Origin: a virus
Reading direction: 5' to 3' (one strand)
DNA: 64,000 nucleotides
Virus record (IMG/VR): IMGVR_UViG_3300042543_000303
Location: 9,961 to 73,960 of that record
Part shown: positions 37,016 through 45,900 of the stretch, one piece after another
How the letters are laid out: each line of letters opens with the position of its first letter
Numbering within the stretch: position 1 is the first letter of the stretch
The notes under the pieces: model-generated
Databases searched by the model: none
Seen by the model: only the letters and a program-made list of their open reading frames with translations
What the model was told of the DNA's origin: nothing
Program-made: the position numbers and the translations under genes

Positions 37016-37518
37016 TACGGGACGCCGAGCGTGAGCTGCATGTTGACTACCTGAAAACCGCCCTCGGGCACGGGAGCCTCGACCGTCGAGATCACTCCCA
37101 GGCCGAACCCTGTGTCGTCCCAGCCGTCCAGGTCGGCCGCGATCTGCATAAGTGTCCACGCGTCAACCGCGCTGATCTGCGCGCCTTCTTGGATCTTTTC
37201 TGCCGCAGGCGCTTTGCCGTTGTTGCCAACTACGGGAATGCTCCGTGCGATGGACACCTGTAGTACCGCACTGCGTGGAGAATTGCACCGCTGAGGGCGC
37301 GAGGCTTCGTCTCCGGGCGGTCCGAGGTACATCTGAATGAAGGCGACCACTAGCTGTTCACAGTCAATCGACGGCGTCCCCATGGCCCAATAGCGCCGAG
37401 AAGGCAAAGGCACGTTGTAAGACTCAAAACCTGCCACAGCGCGCTCGAGCACCCCGTCCATAAGCTGAGCGAGGTTGATTGCGTCTGGGTGAACGTCGGC
37501 GATAGGAGTAATAGGCAT
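37015..37518 (-). CDS. tail terminator-like protein
   Basis: Position; DC.QL.V...P.GG pattern seen in cluster-B-like phages. Confidence 0.6.
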   Translation of the reverse strand: MPITPIADVHPDAINLAQLMDGVLERAVAGFESYNVPLPSRRYWAMGTPSIDCEQLVVAFIQMYLGPPGDEASRPQRCNSPRSAVLQVSIARSIPVVGNNGKAPAAEKIQEGAQISAVDAWTLMQIAADLDGWDDTGFGLGVISTVEAPVPEGGFQVVNMQLTLGVP

Positions 37519-37523
37519 GTGGG

Positions 37524-37715
37524 CTACGCTTCGGTATTAGAGGGCTTCTGAGCGCTTTTAGCCGTCTTGCGGCTAGTACGGCTGGCAGCAGGCTTTGAGT
37601 CCGTCTCGACGGTCTGAGCGGCCTCAGTTTCAGCGGTAGAAGGCTTTGGAGCAGCCTTTTTGGCCTTCTTTTGATAGCCAGGCATGTCTTCGGGCCTAAA
37701 GTTCGTGATAATCAT
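37524..37715 (-). CDS. small basic/low-complexity protein
   Basis: 63-aa ORF with GGAG RBS. Confidence 0.55.
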   Translation of the reverse strand: MIITNFRPEDMPGYQKKAKKAAPKPSTAETEAAQTVETDSKPAASRTSRKTAKSAQKPSNTEA

Positions 37716-37745
37716 CTTGTCACTCCTTCTTCCGACGGTCGCACG

Positions 37746-38888
37746 CTACTGAAGCGTGTTTCCAATCGTATACGCGTTGATGACGCTAGAAGCAAGACTG
37801 ATGCGAACATTTCCAGACGTTACGCGAACGGTCTCGGGTACTTCAGGATCTTCAACAGAAGGCCGCGTGGCGTACAAATCATACTGACCAATGTCGACCA
37901 TTCCAAGAATACGAAGAGCATCGGCGTAGCCTGCCGACAACTTGACAAGAGCCTCAGCCTCATCAAAAACCGCTCCGCCAGGAACAGTAAAGCTCTTGCT
38001 TCCCGAGTAGTTCATGATGTCAAGCGAAAGCTCCCAGCCGATCTCTTCGTCAAGCCACTCTGCATTGAGATAGTCTAGAGTCAAGTCAACTGATCCGCCG
38101 TCCGGTGTCACTACTAGATCGCCAGGCCCTTCGCCATACAGAGCCGGCTTAGACACAGAGCGCCTGGCGCGAGGCATGTCAGGAGAAAAGACTCGCGACT
38201 TAGCACGGGCACGGTCCGGGTTCACAGACTTAAGAAAAAGGTCGACCGCGTACAGGCCGGTACGCATATCATCAACAAAGTCTTGATTGTCAAGCAGAGT
38301 AAACGACACGCCCTGGCGCGAGATTGTCGTAACGCGCTCTGGAAGAGCGCAGTCGTCGCCAGCCCAGAGCTTGGCAAACTCGAGGGCCAGAATACGCGCG
38401 GCAGCTCGCCCCGCGGCAGGCGGGTAGGCTCCGTACGTGTATGTGACCTCAACGTTACACGGAGTCCAGGGGATGCCGGCCGCGGCTTGAATTGTTGAAT
38501 GATCTACGAGGTAGTATTTGCTGGGGTCGATAACCCCGCCAGACCGGTTACGCACCGTGTGAATCTTGACGACGGGGCGGCCGCGTAGGCGAATACGGGA
38601 CATCGGTGACAATCCGTCAGAAGTGATTTCGGCATAGTTGTCGAACTCCTCCGAAGGAATATTGTAGATATCTCGATCAAGCAAGACAGGGTTATATGTC
38701 TTGGACGAGGCGCCTAGGCGATAAGACTTCGCAGCGCATACGTAGCGCTCAGTCACCGTCGCGATTCCCCCAAACTTGCGCCCCGACAGAGACCACAGAA
38801 TCTGCGAAGCTGCCTTGCACGCGTCATAGGAGTAATCCGACTCGGCATAGTCGCCGAGCTCGTCTGACGTCACCCAGAGATTTGTCAT
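37746..38888 (-). CDS. head-to-tail adaptor
   Basis: AS.ILW.LSGR.F, LA.E.AK...C.LP.RVT.I.RQGV, TGL..VD.F...NP. Confidence 0.8.
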   Translation of the reverse strand: MTNLWVTSDELGDYAESDYSYDACKAASQILWSLSGRKFGGIATVTERYVCAAKSYRLGASSKTYNPVLLDRDIYNIPSEEFDNYAEITSDGLSPMSRIRLRGRPVVKIHTVRNRSGGVIDPSKYYLVDHSTIQAAAGIPWTPCNVEVTYTYGAYPPAAGRAAARILALEFAKLWAGDDCALPERVTTISRQGVSFTLLDNQDFVDDMRTGLYAVDLFLKSVNPDRARAKSRVFSPDMPRARRSVSKPALYGEGPGDLVVTPDGGSVDLTLDYLNAEWLDEEIGWELSLDIMNYSGSKSFTVPGGAVFDEAEALVKLSAGYADALRILGMVDIGQYDLYATRPSVEDPEVPETVRVTSGNVRISLASSVINAYTIGNTLQ

Positions 38889-38925
38889 CGAAGACCTCGC
38901 TGCTAAAGGCGGCTAATACGCGAAA

Positions 38926-38970
38926 CGGGCGACGCGCTTGTGTTGTAGTAACACGTCAGCGCGCCGCCCG
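38926..38970 (-). terminator. intrinsic terminator-like hairpin after the major tail gene
   Basis: CGGGCGGCGCGCT...AGCGCGTCGCCCG followed by TTTCG on the minus strand. Confidence 0.6.
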
Positions 38971-38979
38971 TCAAGCGCA

Positions 38980-39798
38980 CTAGGCTGTCGGGTCCTCCGT
39001 CGACGCGATGATGAAGTCGATCGCGTTGTCGGGGTTGTACTCCTCGCTGCCAGGGACGTTGTAAGCCGTGGTCGAACCCTGCGATGAGAAGTCGGTAACT
39101 GCGGTGTAATCGCCGTCCTCGTCGTCCCAGGTGTAGAAGCCCTTCAAGCCGCTGCCGGGGGCCCACTGAGAGCGAGCGTATGAGTACGGACGCTCTGCCG
39201 CTACTGGGAACTCCCAGCGCCCGTCGGGTCCAGCGCCGAACGTCGCATTACCAAGGCCGTAGCCCTCGAACGTGTTGGCGAGCAGGCCGTTCTCGATCAC
39301 GCGATCGCCAGACTGGCGAAGCTTCGCGAACGGGAACACCCAGTGGAAGAACGGGAGGGTAGCAGCACGGCGGCCCTCCTTGATCGCGTACGACCAAACC
39401 TCGAGCGCCACACCATTGCCGGCGGGATCGTCACCGACCGCAGGGGCGGCCCAGCCGATGCTGCTGCGGCTCGGCGCGCCAAACGTGCCGAGATTCTTGC
39501 GAAGCAGCAGACCGCCTGAGATCAGAGCGGTGAGCTCGGGATCGGGCTCGCAGATTGCGAGCTCCATGGTGATACGCTTTAGAGTATCGGGGGACTTGTA
39601 GGTGACGCACACTGTTCCGTCCGCAGACTTCTCAGTGATCTCGTCGCCTTCCTCGTACTCGGGCGTGAACGACACGCGCATAAACGCAGAGGTCGTGTAG
39701 CTGTCACCAGCATTGTTAAGCAAGTTTCCATCGGCGTCCAGTCGAGTTACTCGAATCGACACGCCCTGGATACTCGCGGCGTAATCTTGAGTAGCCAT
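38980..39798 (-). CDS. major tail protein
   Basis: RVTRLD..G, EEG.EI..K.A.G..C, C..DP.L, ALEVW, W.FP. Confidence 0.85.
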   Translation of the reverse strand: MATQDYAASIQGVSIRVTRLDADGNLLNNAGDSYTTSAFMRVSFTPEYEEGDEITEKSADGTVCVTYKSPDTLKRITMELAICEPDPELTALISGGLLLRKNLGTFGAPSRSSIGWAAPAVGDDPAGNGVALEVWSYAIKEGRRAATLPFFHWVFPFAKLRQSGDRVIENGLLANTFEGYGLGNATFGAGPDGRWEFPVAAERPYSYARSQWAPGSGLKGFYTWDDEDGDYTAVTDFSSQGSTTAYNVPGSEEYNPDNAIDFIIASTEDPTA

Positions 39799-39839
39799 AC
39801 CAGCTTTCTCCTAATTTAGTTACTCGTGGCTGCCGTGGA

Positions 39840-40703
39840 TTAAGCCGTCAGATCAACTCTGACAGCGAAGTGGCATGATGGGTCAAAGTACGCCGCAGCC
39901 GGGCGAACCGCCTTGATGCGCATGTCGTTGATTGCCACGTCGGCACCCTGAGCAAGATTCTCATTCATAAGCTCAGGCTTACCAAGGTGGACGTCTACAG
40001 GTCCTGTGCCGTACATCCACTTGTTAGTCAGGGTCGCTGCGGTGTGCTGTACGTCGATCGGGCCGTCTCCGGAGTATCCGGATCCAACCACGACTGGGGT
40101 ACCAAGCATTGTGGTCAGCTTATCGTCTGATCGGTACAAGTGCTCAGACCCAAGCGCCGAAGCAACGTCCCTGGTTACGTGGATAACGCCACCGGCTCCA
40201 GATGGAGAATCAGCGAGCGCGCCTTCAAGATACGCAAGAGCCCGTGCTGCTGATGCTGCCGAAGTGCCGTTGACTAGCGACGCGGCGTCCTCCTTGCGGA
40301 GATACGCGTTGCTGTTTGTGGCTTCTTGGGCGGCAACGCCAGACCAAAGCTCGAACTCAACTGCCTTCTGCGTCGCCGCTTCAAGCTGCGTGAGAACCCG
40401 CCTTAACCGGTCCTCGCCCGTGATACTGAAGATCGAGCGAAAATCCTCGACCTCGATGCCGAACGGAACATACTCGCGAAAGCGAACATCTCCATCGGCG
40501 TCATAGATTTCTCCGTTAGTAGCCTCGACGTCTTCGAGGGTGAGCAGGGAGAGGGTCATCTGCGAGTCGAACTCGTATGAAAACCCTCGCACCCAGCGCT
40601 CGTCATACTCGCGTGCCGTGTGCTTCATCACACGCGCGACGCTCAGAAGCCCAAAGGGGGCGGGTTCCAATTCAGGAGCAGGGTACACTCCACGAAACAC
40701 CAT
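39840..40703 (-). CDS. second capsid protein (major capsid pentamer-like)
   Basis: P..GL.S.A, RW..G, E..LW.G, LA.LE, G.IH, T..GT.VV.G.GY; lies directly downstream of the major capsid, as in cluster-B-like phages. Confidence 0.7.
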   Translation of the reverse strand: MVFRGVYPAPELEPAPFGLLSVARVMKHTAREYDERWVRGFSYEFDSQMTLSLLTLEDVEATNGEIYDADGDVRFREYVPFGIEVEDFRSIFSITGEDRLRRVLTQLEAATQKAVEFELWSGVAAQEATNSNAYLRKEDAASLVNGTSAASAARALAYLEGALADSPSGAGGVIHVTRDVASALGSEHLYRSDDKLTTMLGTPVVVGSGYSGDGPIDVQHTAATLTNKWMYGTGPVDVHLGKPELMNENLAQGADVAINDMRIKAVRPAAAYFDPSCHFAVRVDLTA

Positions 40704-40767
40704 TTGATTCTCCTCCAGGTCCTGAGCGTCGCGCCGTGTGACTATGGCTTGCTATTCGCGATTCGGC

Positions 40768-42813
40768 TTAGTACTCGATAGCCGCTGCGGTCGCGCCACC
40801 GGTCGTGTCGCGGAGAGCCGCGGCAACGCCGTTGATGCTAATCGTCGAGGTAACCTTGAGGCCCTCAACGCCGACCTTGGCAACGCCCTCGAAGGTCTCA
40901 ACGAACATCTTGTAGTCGTTGGTGCCAACGAGGCTGGAGTCGCGGATGATACCGAGATCCAGGGTGCCGCCGTCGAGGAACAGGAACGTGCCCTCGGCGA
41001 ACAGGTACCACGTGAATGAATCAGCGAACTCGTTGAGCGCGCCGGTGCCCTGGGCACCGTACACGTTCTGATCGAGCGAGTACGAAGCAACCACGCCGCG
41101 GGCGTTGAGGTAACCATCAACCTCGCCGTAAGCGTTGAGCAGGTTGTCACCGGGCATCGACAGCGCGAGGTCAGCAACCATCGCGTCCTTCACCCACGAC
41201 GGGGCGATGAGACGGAGGGGAGCGTCGGCCTCGAGACGGTGACGCGAACGGTAGGCAACAGCGGCGCGAGCAACCTGCACGAGGAAGTCGCGGCCGAAGC
41301 CGATGAGCGACGTCGTCGTGACGGCGGTGCTAGCATCGCCAATCTTGCTGAGGATGTACTGCTCTGCCTCGCGGGCATGCTGGATCAGACCGAGCTCGTT
41401 GTGACGAGCGATCAGCTCCGGGTATGCCCGAGTGGCGAGGTTGCCGAACTGCATCTGCAGCGTAACGGCATCGGTAGCAACCGTGGTCTCAGAAGCCGCG
41501 GTCACCGTGAGGCTCGCCTTGGTTGCGGGATCCGGCGTGTTGTCCGCGTCGTTGGCTGCCGTCCACACGCCGACAGCGTTGGCGTAGTCGGTCAGAACCG
41601 GCGGGGTCACGAAACGGATGCCACCACGATCGGCCTGGAAGCGCGGGAGCGCGTCACGAACCGGACGAGAGGTGGTGCCGATGCCGAAGATCTCGTAACG
41701 GTTGACAAACGGGGCCTGATGACCGCCGGCGGCGACCAGCGCCTCGGGGCCGACCACGTTCTGAATCTTCGACCAGTTCTCCTCGGGATCCGAGGTGAGG
41801 ACGCGGTCCTCAGGGAACTGAGTGGTGACGCTAGCAACAATGTGCTGCTCACCGTCGCCGCCGTTGACACGGCGGAGTGCGTGAAGTCGCTTGGACATTG
41901 CCTCTGCGACATCGGTCATGTTGTTGAGGGGGCTGCCGGCCGTGTAACCCGGAATATCAGCGCCCGCCGTGATAGCCACGGGAGCGGCGGTGGTCCGGGA
42001 AGTCGGACGACGGTCAGCCGGAACCTCGATCTCGAGGCTGTCGCCCTCGTGGGCTGCGGCAGTCACTGGTGCCTCCGGGTTCTCTTGCGTTGTGGTGGAC
42101 TCTTCAGTTGTTGAAAGCTCAGCGATTGCTTCGCTCTCAGTTGATGCCTCGGACGCCTCGGGCGCATCGGCAGCAGTGTCAGTAGTGGTCTCCTCGCTGG
42201 CGGCCAGTTCGGCCTCAACGGGAGTCTCCTCTACAGTGGTCTCCTCAGATGCAGCCTCGGCTGCCTCCTCGACGACCACGGAAGCCTCGGCAACAGCCTC
42301 GGCCTCGGTATCAACGGCAGCCTCGGCCACCGTCTCGGTCTCGACTGCAGCCTCGGCGACCGTCTCGGTCTCCGCTGCAGCGGTCTCAGTTGCATCGGTC
42401 GAAAGCTCGGAAGCCTCGTCCGCAGTTGTCGACGCCTCGGTCATCGGCTTCTTCGACTCCTCCTCGTCCATGGGAGCGGGAGCCGGCGCGGGCGCCTCGT
42501 CCTCGTCCTCGTCCATGTCCTCGGAAGCGTCGACAGAGTCGCCGTCCTCGGTCTCGGCGCCCTCGCCCTTAACGCGCATTGCAGCCTCAGCAGCTCGGTT
42601 AGCGAGCTCCTGGCCAGCAATCTCACGGCGCTTGACTTCACCGCGCACGGTGTCAAGCATATCGGCGAGCGACGTCATCGCGTCGACTGTCTGCGGAGTA
42701 GGATCCTCCTTCTCGACCGTCTCGAATTCGCTGATGATAGCACTCTGGAGCTCAGCGAGCTGATCCTCGCCAAGCTCGGAGAGCTGATCCAGCATCTCCT
42801 TGATACGGTCCAC
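40768..42813 (-). CDS. major capsid (hexamer) protein with N-terminal acidic scaffold region
   Basis: ITAGADIPG, ALVAAGG, RPVRDALP.F.A.RGG, EGTF.FLDGG.LDLG..RDS....ND...F.ETFE. Confidence 0.88.
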   Translation of the reverse strand: MDRIKEMLDQLSELGEDQLAELQSAIISEFETVEKEDPTPQTVDAMTSLADMLDTVRGEVKRREIAGQELANRAAEAAMRVKGEGAETEDGDSVDASEDMDEDEDEAPAPAPAPMDEEESKKPMTEASTTADEASELSTDATETAAAETETVAEAAVETETVAEAAVDTEAEAVAEASVVVEEAAEAASEETTVEETPVEAELAASEETTTDTAADAPEASEASTESEAIAELSTTEESTTTQENPEAPVTAAAHEGDSLEIEVPADRRPTSRTTAAPVAITAGADIPGYTAGSPLNNMTDVAEAMSKRLHALRRVNGGDGEQHIVASVTTQFPEDRVLTSDPEENWSKIQNVVGPEALVAAGGHQAPFVNRYEIFGIGTTSRPVRDALPRFQADRGGIRFVTPPVLTDYANAVGVWTAANDADNTPDPATKASLTVTAASETTVATDAVTLQMQFGNLATRAYPELIARHNELGLIQHAREAEQYILSKIGDASTAVTTTSLIGFGRDFLVQVARAAVAYRSRHRLEADAPLRLIAPSWVKDAMVADLALSMPGDNLLNAYGEVDGYLNARGVVASYSLDQNVYGAQGTGALNEFADSFTWYLFAEGTFLFLDGGTLDLGIIRDSSLVGTNDYKMFVETFEGVAKVGVEGLKVTSTISINGVAAALRDTTGGATAAAIEY

Positions 42814-42814
42814 T

Positions 42815-42937
42815 GTCCCTCCTCCGGGCCAGTCATGACGAACGAGACATGATTCGTTCGTCTCGCTTATCAGTCAAGGCTGAGGGACTTCAACGCATTC
42901 GCGCGGAGGCACTCCACCCAGGACTGAATATTACATG
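42815..42937 (-). promoter_or_regulatory. promoter (TGTAATAT) and structured 5' leader of the capsid gene
   Basis: CATGTAATAT box; hairpin GACGAACGA/TCGTTCGTC; GTCCCTC complementary to the RBS-adjacent GAGGGAC. Confidence 0.5.
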
Positions 42938-42941
42938 GTTT

Positions 42942-45900
42942 TTACGTCAGCAAGCGAAGAAGCTTGCTTAGTTCACTTGAGATTTCAGATTGGTTCATAA
43001 AGTCCCCGCCGCCCTTGTAACTCTCGAGAACCTTTGTTGCTTCCGCCGCATCTTCATCGCCGATCTTGTCGGCGACACGAATAATCATGTCCTCGATCAG
43101 ATCCTTTAGTGCGGGGGGAAGATCACTATAGCGAACCTTGGCAGCATCCTGCCCGAACGGCAAAGGAAGATTGGCGACAACGCGCCCAAGTTCCGCCGCG
43201 GTCGCTCTTACATTCTCAAGAGCGCGCGGATTAAGCGCGCCGGTGTCGATACGGTCAATCATGTCGATCAACTCACCGGCAGAGCCTGCCGCCTGCTCAT
43301 AGTCGCCGGCGTTCTCGTTATTCTCGGCCTCTTCGATCTTCTCAATGATATTGGTAAGACCAGAATCTCCGATATTCTGCTTGAGTCGCGCTAGCACTCG
43401 ACGAAACCGCCCACTATCGTCCCGCGGCTGAGTTTCAGGGGTGTACCTACCCCGCTCATCGACGCTTTCACCTACCGCGGGGACCATTTCTTCAGCCTCG
43501 ACGGCTACCGCTAGAGCCCCAGTGGCAGTTAGACTCGCGATACGCAACCGCATTTCATCGAGCGTCTCATCGATCTCAAACGTGCCCATGCTCTTCCACT
43601 TCTCAGGGATGAGATCCGGGCGATCGAGTTGGCGCGCGCGCTTCATAATGTGGCGACGAATCTGCGCGCGCTTCGACTTCTTGCCTCGGCCGTACGCTTG
43701 AATAGAATCTTTAAGAGAGTCGATGTTGCCGATCGGGTACGACCCGTCTGGGAGCGCCTTGCCCTCCTTGGCCATCTTCATGCGGTACGCGGTGCTGTCG
43801 CCGAAGCCGTCGTCATAGCTCGGCTCGCCCTTGACGCGAAGAGTGAGCTCAGACATTCGTGAGCGCAGGCGCCCCTCCTGCTCGGCCTTGGCCGCCGCGA
43901 AGGTCTCCTTGATCGGGTCAATCTTGGCAGAAAGTTCCGCTTGCTCCAACTGCTCTAGTTTCTCGACACGAGACGCAAGATCTGCCATCGGGTCAGACTT
44001 AAGCTTGGCAAGGACGCTCGCGCCGGCAGCGACAAGCGCCATTACCTGACCGGACGCGACACGGGCACGAGCGATCGGGAATCCTGGAACATTCACCTGG
44101 CAAACTGCGACCAGCTCAAGGTTGCCCTTGATCGGCCGCCAGTCCCCTGACGGTGCTGAGGCGCGTAGCGCGCGAACTTGCTCCGGTGTTACGCCAGGGC
44201 GAAGCGCGCCAGCGACCCAGATCCCAAACCGATCCTCGCCCGCGTGAACATCAGCAATTGCGGACGCGGTGTCATCGTAGTGACGAACCGCCTGTTCCGC
44301 GCTTGCCTCAAGAGCAGCGTGGCCGCCAGCAAGCGTTAGCTGGCCGACTGGAATATCCTCGCCGTTCTCCGCGCGAAGCACACCCGTGTGGAAGTAGGCG
44401 TACCTGCTCTTGCTACGCGGAGGGCGGGTGCCAAAGGCCATTCCAATGTGATCAACGTGCCAGGCGGCAATGTGCCCAAAGACGCGCCCGTCATCCGTCA
44501 CGGTAAGCGCCGCTGGCTTATCGAGCTCCGGGTTGTCGAACCACTCGCGAGGGGGAACAACCGGAATAGCTCCGGCAATCATGCCGCAGGCGACAATGGC
44601 CGCTGCCTCGCTCGGGTCAACCTGCTCGACGTAGACTCCGTCGGGGATCACGTCGCCCTCCTCTTCAGTAGCCTGCTCGGGCTGCTCATTTTCATCCTCT
44701 ATGAGTTGGATGCTGCATTCCTGGAACGCAGGCTTAGGTACAAGGGTAACTGCCATCACTCGGGCCTTGTGGATCCGAATCTTGTCTCCACCGATTCGGT
44801 CCTCGCTATCATCGCCAGCCTCGGACTGCCCATGCTTAGCCTCGAACTGGTCAAGGTCGGCGGATACACCGCGGATAAAGCCCTCGCGAACAAGGCGCTC
44901 GGCCTCGCGGCCGTACGCACCGGTGTCAAACACTCCGTAGGCGTTTCCAATGCCATTTTCGACGCGCTCCATCGTGTCAATGCGACCGACCACGACAGAG
45001 CCTTCGTGCCCATCGGCTGTCTTGATCTGCCACATTAGCGGGAGTGGTAGATCTCGCACTCCAATTGAGTCAGGTTCGAAGCTGCGCCCGTCACCAGACT
45101 CCATATCCTCTGGAATCACCAACGGAATGCAGAACTTAGCGCCATCCGCTCGCTGCGCGCCGCCAGCCATAAGCACTCGATCCTTCGCTGCTCGAGCCTG
45201 CGCGCTTAGCGCAGTCGTGAACGTGACCTCGTCTTCGGTATGAATAACGTCAGTCGAGAACATACCCTTGTTGCGGCCGTACATCTGGCGATGCAGCTTG
45301 TCGCCCGTCCAGAGACCGGTAGCCTCCTTGTGACGAAGAGCGCAGTACCCCTTTGCGCGGGGTCCCATATACTTGGCAAGGTAGCGCACACAGCGCGTCC
45401 AGTCGCCGGGAGTATTCCAGCGAATCTTCGCCGCGCCCTTGCCGTGCAGCCAGTAGCGGCGGAGCTTCTCGGCATTACCACGATTACGGTCGAGACCGCC
45501 CGCGGAAACCAATGCAGCAATCTCGCCCTTTGGTCCCCACAATGGCATCAACATCGCGTCGCGCATTTGCTCGAGCGCTGCGGTCAGTGCTGCGTCGCCG
45601 TCAACTTGCTTAAGCACGTCGTCAAGCGTCGGGTCGTCAAGAACGATGACGGGAGGCGGCGTCGGAGAATTAAGATCGCGCAGGATCTTCTCGTCCGCTA
45701 CCCACTCGCCATTCAAACGCTTAAATGTTGCAGGCTCGAGTGACGTCGAAGTGGCGGGAACAAGTGAAACGAGCTCCATAACCGCACGCGGGTCGTCCGC
45801 GGCAACGATCGCCATATACAGCGGCGCGACGTCAGATGTCTCCGGAGTGAGCGCCTTGCCTTCCTTGGCCGGAGCCTTCTTCTCGTCCGTGTTCTTATCT

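Noticed and set aside
42120-42520. Imperfect GCAGCCTCGG repeats in the capsid gene
   Set aside because: They are explained by the low-complexity ETVAEAAV scaffold peptide repeats.
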